Assembly (NCBI GenBank): GCA_964016885.1 | Contig: OZ024740.1 | Location: 375,720,001-375,784,000 of the forward strand | Direction of reading: 5' to 3' | Source of the DNA: Eledone cirrhosa | Taxonomy: Eukaryota | DNA length: 64,000 nt | Shown: in pieces, positions 1 through 17,875 of the stretch | Layout: every line of letters starts with the position of its first letter | Numbering within the stretch: the first letter of the stretch is position 1 | Notes under the pieces: generated by a model | What the model saw: the letters and a program-made list of their open reading frames with translations, nothing else | The model's database searches: none | Told to the model about the DNA's origin: nothing | Translations under genes and position numbers: made by a program

Positions 1-20
1 ATAACGAGGGGGCAGCCATC

Positions 21-56
<36 letters not shown>

Positions 57-149
57 CGAGAGGGGGGGGGGGAGACAGATAGATAGATAGAGAGAGAAAG
101 AAAGAGAGAGAGAGTGAGAGAGAGAAAGATATATATATATATAGGTATG

Positions 150-1458
150 TATGTATGTTCTTCTGGTTTTATAATTTCACCAATATAGTTTTACCAATAG
201 AGAGAGAGTCGGTTTCTAACATAGACACAATACTCTCTCATTGGAATTTACACAACATCAACTAGGTAGATATGTATGTATATCTGCATGCATGCATGTG
301 TAGATATGGATGTTATTGTATGTGTGGATGCGTATGTTTTGAGTTGTATGTGTGCATGTGTATATGCTTTGTATCTGTACATGTGTAAATGCAGTTATTA
401 GATGCACACATTTTGGAATGTTTTACATATTTTTTACTTTTCCATTAATGGATTGTACTTGTAGTTTCCTAACTAGTTGTGTTCTTTCTCTTCCTGTGAA
501 GCCTAGCTTCTCAGGATTTGTATTGAGGCAGTTACTAACATATCCCAGTGCCCCAATAATCACAGGCGTAAATATGAAGGTGTAATCAGGGTGGAGTATT
601 TTCAGATTTCTCATTAGTTCTGCATAAATATTCTCCTTTTCACTAATCTTTGATATTATATTGGCATCTGCTGGGCAGCTAATTTCCACTACTGTGCATG
701 TTTTCTTCTCCCTGTCCCATATTTTAATATCTGGTCTGTTATGCCTGCATTTTATTGTGGTTTTTACTGGAACATTCCAGCAGTACTCTTTCATATTATG
801 TACATAGATGTCTTCCACATTGTTGTACCTTTTAATGTGTTTATTATCGGGGCTATCTTTTTTACGAACTGCATTGTACAGTGGTTTGGCCACTACATCA
901 TGCCTCATAGGTAGATAGTACCGCAATGACATCTTTGGACAGCTGCTGATGACATGGGTGATTTCCTCGATGTTAGTTCTGCAGAGTCTGCACTTGTTAT
1001 CACATCTAGGTGTTTTGCCTGCATCCCTATCTCTTTTGTGAATCAGGTATTTCGTGCTAATCACCTGTTCTTGGATTGCAAAAGCGTATCCTTCAAAGTG
1101 GGCGCTAATATAGTGGTTGTTGGTCCAAGATAGACTATTTTCCTTATCTATATTACTCTCACTCTGGAGCTTACTGGCAACACATCCATGCATGATTTTT
1201 TGCTGATAAGCATGCAGTTTTTCATCCATGGATTCACTGCGAAACTGCTGAGCGACATCCCTGGGTGTGAGTTTTTGATTATCACACAGGGAATATCTCC
1301 CAACTCTCATGATCTTATCTGTTTCATGCAGATAGACTTGCTCGAGAAGCGGGCTCCTACGCTTCGAGGTTCGTAGATGTTGTCGGAGAGATATGATGCG
1401 TCATTCAAATGTTGTCTGGACTGATGTTAGGCCTCTGCCTCCCTGCTTACGTTTTATG
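150..1458 (-). mobile_element. R4/Dong-type non-LTR retrotransposon, 5'-truncated copy 1 (zinc knuckle + restriction-like endonuclease + 3' UTR)
   Basis: ORF 423-1310 has CRLC..EEITHVISSC (CCHC), RHD, and RPDIKIWD..VVEISCP (PD-(D/E)xK RLE). Upstream frame gives KRKQGGRGL. 3' UTR is repeated at 1466-1740. Confidence 0.85.
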
Positions 1459-1465
1459 TATCTAT

Positions 1466-3290
1466 GTACGTTCTTCTGGTTTTATAATTTCACAAATTTT
1501 TACCAATAGAGAGAGTCAGTTTCTAGCATAGACACTATACTCTCTTATTGGAATTTACACAACATCAACTAGGTAGATATGTATGTATGCCTGCATGTGT
1601 AGTTAAGGATGTTATTGCATGTGTGGATGTGGATGTTTTGAGTTATATGTATGAATATGTATATGCTTTGTATCTGTACATGTGTATATATGCAGTTATT
1701 AGATGCAAGATTTTTGGAATGTTTTACATATCTTTACTGTTCCATTAATGGATTGTACTTGTAATTTCCTAAGTAGTTGTGTTATTTCCGTTTCTGTGAA
1801 GTTAGCTTCTCAAGATTTGTATTGAGGCAGTTACTAACATACTCCAGTGACCCAATAATCACAGGCATACATCTGAAGGTGTAATCAGGGTGGAGTATCT
1901 GCAGATTTCTCATCAGGTCTGCATAAATATTCTCCTTTTCTCTAATCTTTGATATTATATTGGCATCTGCTGGGTAGCTAACTGTGTATGCTTTCTTTTC
2001 CCTGTCCCATATCATAATATCTGGTCTGTTATGCCTGTATTTTATTGGGGTATTTGCTAGAACATTCCACCAGTACTCTTTCATATTAGTTATATGGATG
2101 TCTTCCACATTGCTGTAGCTTTTAATGTGTTTATTATCGGGGCTATCTTTTCTACGGATTGCATTGTACAGTGTTTTGGCCACTATATCATGCCTCATAC
2201 GTAGATAATACCGTGATGACACCTTTGGGCAGCTGCTGATGACACGCGTGACATCTTCGATGTTAATTCTGCAGAGTCTGCACTTGTTATCACATCTAGG
2301 TGTTTGCCAGTATCCCTATCTCTTTTGTGAATCAAGTATTTTGTTAATTTCAGGTTCTTGGATTGCAAAAGCATATTCTTCAAAGTGGGAGCCAATATAG
2401 CGGTTGTTGTCTATATTACTCTCACTCTGGAGCTTCCTGGCGACATATCCATGCATTATTTTTTGCTGATACATGCAGTTTTTCAACCATGGATTCACTG
2501 CGATACTGCTGAGCTACTTCCCTGGGTGTGAGTCTTTCATTATCAGACAGAGAATATCTCTCGAGGAGTTCCTTCCGAACTGTCATCATCTTATCTGATT
2601 CATGCAGATAGACATGCTCGAAAGACGGGCTCCTACGCTTCGAAGTTCGTAGATGTTGTCGGAGGGATATGATGAGACATTCAAATGCTGTCTGGACTGA
2701 TTTTAGGCCTCTCCCTCCCTGCTTACGTTTCAAGTAAAGGCGGTCTACGTCACTGTTGATGTGGAGGTTTCAGGTGTTGTTTAGTATTTTTCGAGTTCTA
2801 ACATCAACTACTCGGATTTCATCTGTCCTCCAATTGAGTATTTTAAACGATGGTGTTAGGACAGGCACAGCAAACACATTCTGAGCCATTGTTTTGTTTT
2901 GCGCAGAGAGTTCCATTGACAAAATCTTTCTTAATCGAGTGTAGTATTCCCTGGTTACGCGTTCCTTATTACAGATACCATTATAGGATATGTTCTCATC
3001 TATCCCTGGGTATATGTAGCAGTCCTTATCAGATATCCGTGAAACAGTTAGGCCATTGATGACAATGTTGCTAGATTAGGTTGTTGTTTTTCCCCGCTTT
3101 ACATATATGAGCATTTATCTTAGCCAAACTCCATTCCCATATCGTTTGAGAACGTTGTAACCAGGTCAAAATCTTTCTTCATCCATGTTCATGGCATAGA
3201 GTTTCAGATCATCCACACAGAAATTATGGGTTAGGTTCGTATTTCTGTCCGGTGAGCCAATGATGTATCCTTCACATTTCTATAGCAGAA
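1466..3290 (-). mobile_element. R4/Dong-type non-LTR retrotransposon, degraded copy 2 (RT C-half to RLE)
   Basis: Minus strand ~3120-3270 reads NLTHNFCVDDLKLYA...FSNDMGMEFG*DKC (R4-type RT motifs). ORFs 2422-2733, 2195-2395 and 1782-2222 are frameshifted homologues of copy 1. Confidence 0.85.
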
Positions 3291-3307
3291 AGATATATAT
3301 ATATATA

Positions 3308-4081
3308 AAATATATAGATTTACATATACATAAACTAGACAGAGCCAAAGATATATATATATATGTTTTGGCAATCATTCACGGTGTGGCTCAAGACGAA
3401 TTAATTAATTAAATAATCAACAATCAGAGCAATATACAAGAAAGTACGTCCATAGAATCATTTGATAAAATATATACAGTATTTCCGCTCCCAATCAGCA
3501 TAATCAACCATACAAAAAATCAATTAAACAAGACTATAAGATTAAAAGGCACCTATGAACAAACAATATATAAACGATAGCTATTTTATTCGCGATCAAC
3601 GGCCACACAATATTTACCCAGTATTTCTAATAGCCCGTGGAAATCGATGAAATATATAGCCAGTCCATACACAATTATCAAAATCAAAGTTAGAATAACA
3701 AAATTATTTTGTACCTAATTGTGTATGGACTGGCTATATATCTCATCGATTTCCACGAGCTATTAGAAATACTGGGTAAATATTCTGTGGCTGTTGATCG
3801 CGAATAAAATAGCTATCGTTTATTTATCTATTGTTTCTTCATAGCCTTGTTTAATTGATTTTTTGTATGCTTGATTATGCTGATTGAGAGAGGAAATACT
3901 GTATATATGTTATCAAATGTTATCAAATGATTCTATGGACGTACTTTCTTGTATATTGCTCTGATTGTTGATTATTTACTTAATTAATTCGTCATTGAGC
4001 CACATCGTGAATGGTTGCCAAAAACACTTTATATATATCTATGGCTCTGTCTAGTTTATTTATATGTAAATCTATATATTT
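3308..4081. repeat. Fold-back element: ~370-bp inverted arms around a ~40-bp loop, in (TA)n
   Basis: 3308-3677 is the reverse complement of 3716-4081 (e.g. TATATAGCCAGTCCATACACAATTA / TAATTGTGTATGGACTGGCTATATA). A partial direct copy lies at ~4402-4533 and a diverged relative at ~23560-23770. Confidence 0.9.
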
Positions 4082-4529
4082 GATAATCTCCCATATGGTT
4101 GAGAAACAATTTAGGCAGTATTCGGCTGCGCTTTCTAGCTACCAGCCCACTCGCCGTAAGGCACCAATCACAAACTATCTGAGTGACCACTAGCCACGTT
4201 AAAGCTCTTAGCCATTTTGAATTCGTTTCTGGCGGGGATCATTTAAGAAAAATCTTTGTCCAATTGAGTTTGTTTCTGAAATTCGTAAATTTATCCTTGA
4301 CCGGATATTTCCAAAAAGCGAATGGAACCAAATGGGGTAGAGACATAATTGTGGTGTGCTTATATACATTTTTTCTTCTAACTTCGATTTTGTACATAAA
4401 GTAGCTATCGTTTATTTATCTATTGTTTCTTCATAGGTGCCTTTTAATTGATTTTTTAAATTGATTTTTTTGTATGGGAGAGGAAATACTGTATATATTC
4501 TATCAAATGATTCTATGGACGTACTTTCT

Positions 4530-4687
<158 letters not shown>

Positions 4688-4724
4688 TTACATAATTATC
4701 AAAGTTATGTTCAAATCATTTAAT

Positions 4725-4771
4725 CGCTGACAATTGTTTCTTCCAAACTTTAGTTTGGAGTCTTCGGAGTA
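4725..4771 (-). ncRNA. Minimal type-I hammerhead-like motif (core mutated CCGAAGA)
   Basis: Minus strand: UACU CCGAAGA CUCCAAAC-UAAA-GUUUGGAA GAAA CAAUUG UC AGCG, with a palindromic stem III and GUC site. Confidence 0.6.
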
Positions 4772-4794
4772 TTATCAATGTTTGTACATATAAT

Positions 4795-4864
<70 letters not shown>

Positions 4865-4904
4865 GATATTAAATAAATGGAAACTATATTTATAAAACCA
4901 TATT

Positions 4905-4970
4905 TATTTCATTATATATATTTCAGGGATATCATATTAACAATATGTTATGCCTTCCTCAGACAAAATA
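4905..4970 (-). ncRNA. Type-I hammerhead ribozyme (family C)
   Basis: UAUUUUGU CUGAGGA AGG..CCU GAAA UAUAUA UA AUGAAAUA; 8-bp stem I, palindromic stem III. Confidence 0.75.
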
Positions 4971-5057
4971 GAATATAGACAGTTTTATAGATAAATAGAT
5001 GTGACATACCGTTCAACATCGACTTGTATTTGAAAAAGTTGAAAACTGTCTATATTG

Positions 5058-5123
5058 TATTTTGTCTGAGGAAGGCATAACATATTGTTAATATGATATC
5101 CCTGAAATATATATAATGAAATA
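5058..5123 (+). ncRNA. Type-I hammerhead ribozyme (family C)
   Basis: CTGAGGA 5066-5072, GAAA 5104-5107, TATATA-TA, stem I TATTTTGT/ATGAAATA. Confidence 0.75.
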
Positions 5124-5252
5124 AATATGGTTTTATAAATATAGTTTCCATTTATTTAATATCGTAAATATACTCCAAATACTTGTTGAGTGTTTTTATA
5201 TCAGTTATGAATATTTAATAGTTGTAACCCAACAATTTAAATATAACTTTCC

Positions 5253-5286
<34 letters not shown>

Positions 5287-5292
5287 GTATGC

Positions 5293-5350
<58 letters not shown>

Positions 5351-5356
5351 GTATGC

Positions 5357-5387
<31 letters not shown>

Positions 5388-5388
<1 letters not shown>

Positions 5389-5528
5389 GCAGCCCTGCCT
5401 CCATTTGCCACCAGGTGAATCCGGCGCTCCCTGACCATCCTCTATATCGCCCACGACTCGGCTCTACACCGGACTTCCTCGTTTTGCACCCGGTCGCGCC
5501 AGGAAAACTATTGGAAAGCGTTGAGCCG

Positions 5529-5597
<69 letters not shown>

Positions 5598-5604
5598 TTC
5601 TCTC

Positions 5605-5639
<35 letters not shown>

Positions 5640-5828
5640 TTTCCGTACTCTTCCAGGTTTCGCTTGCTTAAAGCACTGTCGTTAGCACGATGCTCTTATA
5701 CAGGTGCAGTTTGATCCTGGTGCTGATGCATGAAGACGACCAGACTGGTTCCATCCGCTTGAAAACTGCGGCTCCTTTGCCAATCCGACAGTTGATGCCA
5801 GGGTGCTTCCAGAATGCTGCGCAGATAT
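5388..5828 (-). mobile_element. RTE-type LINE C-terminal fragment interrupted by a (CT)n/(TA)n tract
   Basis: Minus strand reads [45 protein letters not shown] and later [11 protein letters not shown], typical of the RTE post-RT region. Confidence 0.65.
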
Positions 5829-7789
5829 ACATTTATGCATGCATACATACACATATATATATAGATACAAACTGGGCTGGAGTACACCAGTAACCGCGTG
5901 GTCGGCACCTAACAAGACGTGACTGGCAATGATGGTATGTTGAAACCCAGCAGCACAAAGCGAAGAGCTGTTAAAAAGCGCAGGAGCTTCTTAGGGTCCA
6001 GGGCTATCCATCCAAACAATGAGTAAAATATCTTCACCAGTCTGTATATGGCCAGGCGTGGTGAGTACGTCTACACCCCTGGAATATTTAAACATGATGA
6101 CAATAACTCATGCGATCCTCGTAACTGTTGTGCTATTTTGCCTTGGTTTGTCACTCGACAGATAGCTGCGGGGATTTAGTGGATGATATGTCTGTATTAC
6201 AAGCACGTAGCATTGCCATCTTTATGTGCAGATATTTCTTCACAAGTCCCACTACAGTTGTCGCGATTCAACGTGGGCAGACACAACCTGTTAGAAATAC
6301 ATAGTTACACATTTACACCTGGGTAGCTTATCATAACGTCACTGCACTATTAACATAACCAGAAACATTCTTCGGCGGAGAGTCTGAGGTAATCTATGTG
6401 TGTGTGTGTGGGGGGGGGGGCATTACTCACCCATAGCACATGGTAAAGGTCTAGGAAAGATGACCTAAAGAAGACTGTTGAGTCATCAAAGTGGCCATCT
6501 GCCTTCTCCAGAGTTTACAATTTCGTGAAGGAAGACTTTGTCGGATATGTTAGAACTCTCACTTACTTCTTCCGAAACCTGAACCTAATATGATTTTGTG
6601 TGTTTGCACTTCTGTGTTTTGTTTATATATATTTTCACAGAGCTTTATTGGCAAGTTTCTCTACTTACTATATATATTTACTATATCTGGTAGATATGTG
6701 CGTGTATGTGTTTAGTTGTGTCAAAACGAACTCCAGCCTCCTACGCACGAGAATATAACGCATTAGTGATAACATTACTAGAAGAATATTACATTTATTA
6801 TCAGATAATTACATATTTCATGCTCCACACAACTATGGAGCATTAACAAGTATTTCTTTTTAAGTTAACCTGAAGTATATTACACACTAAATAAAAAAAA
6901 ACATCAGGCATAAAAACTTTAACAACATATTATAAGATTTTATGTAATGGAAATTCGTATATTCATAGAAAGTCTGGTGGATTCACACGCTCTACACCAT
7001 ATATAAATAACAATTCTAGGGAAACTGTTATATAGTTAAGAATTGACATAAAAGGCAAACACTGCGTGTGATGAAAACATGATATAATTCGATGTTGTTT
7101 ATCTTAAAAGTACAATTTTGACAATAAATTTCAAAGTATTTTAAAACATCATTATTTGAAATTATACATTTTAACGAGGAAATCCTCCAGATAAGTCGAA
7201 ATCACGATGTCGAAAACTAGAAGAAAAACAGCATCAGTACTGCTAAAAGTAATCAGCAGCAGTGCGTTTACCCCAATTTAATTCTGGGTGACAATAATGC
7301 TTCTTTGTAGAGGATTAAAATCTCATGACCATTATGATTAATCAAATGTAGTAATTGAAGAAATTTGAGGCATTTATAAAAATTACTTATTTTATTGGCA
7401 ATGTGATAATTTAACATATGGCTCTTATATAAATATGATATTTAAAAAAAAATAGGAATGTTTCTTTCATAGATCCAAATCTCGTTTTGAGCGAGCTGGT
7501 ATCAAAAGCATTTTGAGAATTCTTTTATGGAGAATGTATTCGTAGTTAGGAGTTAGTAATTATAGCAATCCCCTTCAACTGACCACGGTGTCAATTAGAT
7601 ATTTGAAATAATTCCAACGTGATTGTAAATTTGACGATGTCCCACTTGGTTACTTGTCTCTATCTTTTAGTTTCTCTTGAGATTGTTTGATTAGGTCGTT
7701 TGTGGAATTTGTTCTTAGATTTCAATAAGTTGATAAATTATGTATAATGGAATATGAAATAATTTTCTATTAACTAATATATATATACG

Positions 7790-7792
7790 TGT

Positions 7793-7887
<95 letters not shown>

Positions 7888-7897
7888 TGTGTGTGTG
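7790..7897. repeat. (TG)n microsatellite
   Basis: Direct reading. Confidence 0.95.
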
Positions 7898-8662
7898 CAT
7901 GTGTGTATGTCTGTGTCTATACATACATACATCCCATGTTCATTACATTTGTTGCTCTTATATAGGCTCTGTATACCGGATACATGTACAGTTATTCCTA
8001 CTAACGGAGATTGTTTCGGCTGTGAACTGGAGTAATGATTTGTTTGATATATTTGGTATATTTGTAAGGTATATCCAGTGATCTGGTTCGACTAGGTTCA
8101 CGACAAAGGGGCACAGTACATGGAACCAAATATATAACTGAATTCATTTTGATACGTTTTGAAAATCATCGTGACAATTTTCCATCTAAACATAACTTAA
8201 AATCTAAACAATGACTTTGATGAAACATTTGTTTTCCAAATATCATCTCCCGTTGGCTAAAACATATCTTAGAGGACAGAAATCAGTGGTTAGTAGTGTG
8301 TAAAGAGAATATGCAAACGATTTAAAGTGGAGAAGGATAAGAAGAAATGTATTGGCACGTAGTTGTGAAATGAAGAATTATATAAAGGAAGGCAATAAAC
8401 GAGGCGAATAAAACAAAAACAACTTCCTCATCAGCTCTCATGCATGCAAAAATGGGTTCGCACGAATTAACTCAGAGGACCATTTAATATTGCAATATAC
8501 AAACAAATATTTCTACTGTTATTATAAAGTGACTGTCAGGTCACGGAGCGAAGTAAAGTGCGTCCTATCTGCACCATGCCACCGCTAGAAAGGAAGTAAA
8601 AGCCCATCGGGGGGGGGGGGATAAGTGGAAATAAACAGTAAACGCAGCAAGTGTAAATAGGC

Positions 8663-8706
8663 AGAAGAAGAAGAAGAAGAAGAAGAAGAAGAAGAAGAAG
8701 AAGAAA

Positions 8707-8796
<90 letters not shown>

Positions 8797-8953
8797 AAGA
8801 AGAAGAAGAAGAAGAAGAAGAAGAAGAAGAAGAAGAAAAAGAAGAAGAAGAAGAAGAAGAAGAAGAAGAAGAAGAAGAAGAAGAAAAAAGAAGAAGAAGA
8901 AGAAGAAGAAGAAGAAGAAGAAGAAGAAGAAGAAGAAGAAGAAGAAGAAGAAG
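8663..8953. repeat. Compound (GAA)n(TAA)n(GAA)n trinucleotide microsatellite
   Basis: Direct reading. Confidence 0.95.
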
Positions 8954-9249
8954 AGAAAAGTGATGGCAGGAGAAGCAGTAGAAAAAAAGTGAGATTAGAA
9001 GCAGCGTGGCAGAGAGAGAAAAATGACAAAGAAATAGCAGAAAATGAAATAGAGGTGTAGTATTTATCTTGCTATAATGTCTGTCCAAGGTAGATAATAA
9101 ATCGTAGCTATGATAACATTATTTTTACCTGCCGGCATTATGCTATTTAAACAGATATTTTTTTGCGTTGAGTTTCCTCATTTAACTATGAATTCAAATA
9201 TACTTACCCTTTTCCACGAAACGAAACAACAGTGTTTATATATATACAA

Positions 9250-9763
9250 AAATGATAGTTGGCATGACAGGCCTTGACTATTGGGGTCGATTAGAAAAGC
9301 TCAAACTTTATTCTCTTCAACATCGCCGTGAGCGCTACATTATCTGTATGATGTGGAACATATTCCATCAGCTTAGCCCAAATGATGTTCGCATCACCTT
9401 TAGTGTACACCCAAGGCTTGGGCACCGTGTTATCCGCCCATGACAAGAATCCCACTCGCATCACATAACAACAATACGGCACAATTATTTCACCTCAATT
9501 GGCCCTGCACTCTTTAACATTACACCAAAACACATCAAGGCAGAGACAAACCCCATCAAGTTCAAGAAGTCTTTGGTTAAATTCCTTCAAGAAATCCCGG
9601 ATAAACCTCTTACACCCGGATATGCCTCCGTAAATATTAACTCTCTGCTCGAGTGGGCCATGGTGCCCAAACACTTATTCATGAGGCTTCGCCAGGTGGT
9701 GCTATTAAGTTGGACATGGCTTGGGCCAAAACTGGCCAAAACCTATCAAAGTTATCAAAGTTA
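9250..9763 (+). mobile_element. CR1/L2-group LINE 3' end fragment
   Basis: LDYWGRLEKLKLYSLQHRRERY matches the Y..RL..L.L.SL..RR C-terminal motif. Ends in tandem (TATCAAAGT)2 then (TA)n. Confidence 0.7.
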
Positions 9764-9792
9764 TATATATATATATATATATATATACATAC

Positions 9793-13470
<3,678 letters not shown>

Positions 13471-13865
13471 ACTGACCTAAGAGAAGTATAAATAAGTAAA
13501 TAAAATAAGATAAATAAATACATACACAAGCACAATAACAACAAGCACATAAACACACTAGTCACCCAGCAAACATAACATTATACACACTAGTCATACA
13601 GCAAACATAACACTAAATAAAAGTAAATAAAATAAAATAAATGAATAAATAAATAAATAAATACATACACAGGCACAATAACAACAAGCACATAAACACA
13701 CAGTAGTCACCCATCACACAGCAAACAAAACACTATACACAAACGCAAACGCATGCGCAAAGAAGACAAAATAAAATAAACAAACAAGCAAATAAATAAA
13801 TAAATATATAGACAGACTGAATAAAAAATGGCGTAGACATACAACACAACAGGAGGAAAATATAA

Positions 13866-13907
13866 CACCACTGACGATGTTGCAGATGTGCAACGAAAGA
13901 TTTATGT
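13866..13907 (+). ncRNA. Hammerhead-like motif in the PLE pseudo-LTR (family E)
   Basis: CTGACGA 13871-13877, stem II GTTGCA-GATG-TGCAAC, GAAA 13895-13898; stems I and III weak. Confidence 0.6.
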
Positions 13908-14168
13908 AAATTATGTAAATTATATATATGTGTTTGTGTCTATATTGTATCTGTATTATTTTTGACCGTCGGTCAGTCAATGGCAACATTGAGGACCGAG
14001 TAAGCTAGATTGCAGATATAAAAGACAGCGAGAAACGAAAACCAACCAAACAGTGAGTGTGTTCTGTTATTAATTCTGGCAATATTACACAAATATGACC
14101 CTCCTCAAGTATAACAATATTTGTTTCGACACACGATTTCATATAAAAAACCTCGCTAAACTAATTCA

Positions 14169-14363
<195 letters not shown>

Positions 14364-15488
14364 GTATATATATATATGAAATTTTAGTTTTTCGAATATT
14401 AATAATAACATTCTTTCGTTTGCAATTATGCAAACAAGCCTCAATTGTATAGCCATGTCAGTAAAATGAACACTTCATTCTTGCTCTTGTGTTGGCATGT
14501 GAACATAATTGCAGACACTGATGTTTCAGGGTATCACCCTTCACCAGTACAGCTCACTGTTTGTACTTGCTAAACTGTCAGGGCTAGTGAATATATATGC
14601 CACATTCAAAAATAGAAAATGACTGATATTTTTGTATTTGAATTTGGCAAAGCCGGCCATTTATCGCTCATATACAGGAAACTGACTGACCAGTCTGCTG
14701 ATATGCAAATCTGGCTTATCAGTGGATTTGTTAACATGCAGATCTGACTAATCACCCAGTCTTCTAATATGCAAATCAGGCCGATCTGTCACTGTGTATA
14801 GAATGGCCAGCAATGGAAAGAAAAGTCGAACGTCGATTAAATTGAATCCAGTGCCTTACTGGTACTATATTTCATCTACCACATAAGGATTCAAAGCAAA
14901 ACTAACCTCGACAAGATATGAACTCCTAAAGTAAATTGCCCTAACTATATGCTGCAATGCATATTGTCCAAAGCTCTGCTGATAGTGACATTCCAACGCC
15001 ACCCCACCAATTTGAATTGAAAACACATTTCCATAGGTTCATTCAAAAGATGATACGGCTACATAAGTTGAATACTGTATCATTTCCATATAGAATTCTA
15101 TGTATGCTATGTATGAATATAAACAAAAAATAACAGTCTGATACAGCATACGTGAAACCAATTATAACTGTCATTATTCAAGCCGTGATATATTTTAAAT
15201 TAAGCATCCCTGATATACTACCACTTCCTTGATATCGATTATATTATACCTTAAGACCACTACATAACATAAGAGCAACATGCCACTGATTCTGAAGATG
15301 GAACCGTGAAGTATTCAAAATGTTAATACTAACATTCACGAATGCAGCTTTTCCACATTAAGTCCATATAAATAAAATGACGAAATTGGAGCACAATAAT
15401 ATTTTCAATATAACACGCATAGGCACTCCCGCAAACACACATACTCTCAGAGATACGTAGACACCTACACACATATGCACACACAGAC

Positions 15489-15557
<69 letters not shown>

Positions 15558-16180
15558 TGTTTACGTGTGAGGAATTGTATATATGTATTTACAGATGAAT
15601 GTCTGCACGTCCTTATGTATGTGTGTATCTATGTGTATGTGTGCGAGGACATATCCGAAGAGATAGATGAGTATGTATAGTACTTGATGTATGTTTAGAT
15701 GCAAATGATTTTAGGTTTATATCAAGCAATAAATTCAGATCATATTGTTTAAAATATGATTTATCTTTGTGAAAGATTCTCACATGTCAATCATGGTCAT
15801 AAATAAATAAAATAATACATGTATAACTATTAGCTGCAAAATTCAAGACCTATGTTATTAAATCTTCCGTCCATTTTAATTGTTTTCCTTGAAACTTGGT
15901 ATGCACACAGGAAAAATAACTTACCTCTTAATAATTTCTCTTCGGCTAGAATTTCACACAATTATAAAGTAAGAAAGTATCCTTATATCTCTACGTTTAA
16001 TAAAACCAACATTGTTGACTATCCCTGTCATTGTCCTCGGAATATAAGTTCCAGTTTATCACCAATTGTCACAAAAATAAAAAAAAACGCTTAAATATGA
16101 TGACATTGTAACCCATTCTGTTATAGAATAAATTCCTCTAACCTCCCAACAGCTACTGTTCTACATTCCATTATTATAAT

Positions 16181-16361
16181 GGATTGGCAGTATCGGTAGA
16201 GGGTCAGAGGCCATGATTTGACGCATAGAGTTACGGCCCTTGCCATTCTGAGTTCAAATCCCGCCGTTTTTAACTTTGCATTTCATCCTTACGGGGGTCG
16301 ATAAAATATAGAACCAGTAATACACTGGGTATTTGCTGGCCTTGTGCCAAAAGTAGAAACA
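16181..16361 (+). mobile_element. tRNA-derived SINE with Meta-like core
   Basis: A-box-like TGGCAGTATCGG, B-box GAGTTCAAATCC, core TTTCATCCTTACGGGGGTCGATAAAA..ACCAGT; TSD ATTATTATAATGG at 16170-16182 and 16362-16374. Confidence 0.85.
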
Positions 16362-17740
16362 ATTATTATAATGGTTTTTGCAAGACAAATTTCGTTTCTC
16401 TCTCTATTATGAAATATTTCATATATATTGAGATTCAAAACCGTCTCAGCAAATTGCTCCTCTATCTAAACTTGGCGTTTTTCTAACCTCAATTTCCTTT
16501 TGGCAAACCCGATGAAGTTAGAGGATGGATAGTTCAGGTGAGGTCTTAGGATATATAATAACCAAAATAGCTGTAAAAATCTACTTGATGCTTTTACATG
16601 GTATTCATAAGAATATACTGACACACTCCAAAACCGATCTCAATCATGTGAGTGAATTGATGGAGGGTTCTCGGATGTTCTTCATGGATCAGAAGACGAT
16701 TTTCTTCTCACATTTTCTGGTGTTTTGATGGTGATTTTTTGAAACAATAATCGAACAGCCTTGAATCATGTGTGCAAATGAAAACATATTATCGACTTAA
16801 ATAACATTGACAAAGACTTGACGAATCGTTTAGTGGTTCACGGTAAGATATTTCCCGAGATTCATGGAAAATTGAATGCAGGTGAATTGTGCATTTTGGT
16901 CGTTCGAGCATAAGACCCTGTGACTTTTTTAACAGGAATAGATAGCACGGAAAAGTGTTTGATCTGATGCTTGTAACCAATGATCATAAGTAGCGGAAAT
17001 GTTTTCTTTGTAAAGTGCAGTACCAACCTGTGCAAACAAGATAACTTGTAATATCTACAAGCAGTATTAGTACTGCAGCAATATATAAACATATACCTAA
17101 TCAAAACGAGATTAAAATGGTTGGGAAAATATATATCACCTACACGTATACCCATAAATATGTTGTTTCGGTCCGCTGCCTATATACCTACTCTATTAAC
17201 TGTCTCTTGTTTTCTAAATTCTGACCCAGTGGTTCCTTAGTAATTTGTAATCGTTCTGTATTTCATAAGCCATATTCCGCAATACATGTATTTTTTATAA
17301 TATATTTCTCAATATGCATATGATACTTTCAAATTGCCTCCATCTCTATATTTTCATTATAGGTGTCGATCATCTGGTGCTGAATCTTAGCATCAACCAC
17401 ATCGATCCAGTCAATCTACTAAAGGGTATCAAGAATACTATAGTTTTACCCGTATTTCAAACTAATTGTTTAACACAGATTAACTATGTACATATTAACT
17501 AGGTACAACATATAACGTAGTGATTTGTATCACGTGTACACAATAAGCTACAGGGGTATCGGAATTGTAAATATGAATTGCAAATATAAATAAAGTATTA
17601 ATGTATCATTCAAAGGCATAATTTGATTATATTAACTATATTTTTATATATGTGAAAGGTTTCTACCAAGAGAATTCTACAAACCAAATGTTTTGCTGGC
17701 GTCTTCATAACATCATTTAAAGAATCACTAATTACTAACT

Positions 17741-17875
17741 ATTTCTACTTTAGACACAAGGCCAGCAACTTAAATGGAGGGGAAAGTCGATTGGATCGAC
17801 CCAGTACATACTGGTACTTTATTTTATCGACATCGTAAGGATGAAAGGCATAGCTAACCTCGGCGCTAGAAACTG
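17741..17875 (-). mobile_element. Partial SINE of the same or a related family
   Basis: Reverse complement contains GCCTTTCATCCTTACGATGTCGATAAAATAAAGTACCAGT and GCTGGCCTTGTGTCTAAAGTAGAAA. Confidence 0.7.

Larger units (their letters stand above)
4862..5252. mobile_element. PLE pseudo-LTR fold-back with a hammerhead on each strand; right arm has an ~85-bp extension
   Basis: 4862-~4990 is inverted at ~5042-5166 and flanked by (TA)n. A homologous single arm lies at ~57136-57560. Confidence 0.8.

Noticed and set aside
16520-17155. Non-repetitive stretch with short ORFs
   Set aside because: Multiple stops in all frames and no identifiable motif.
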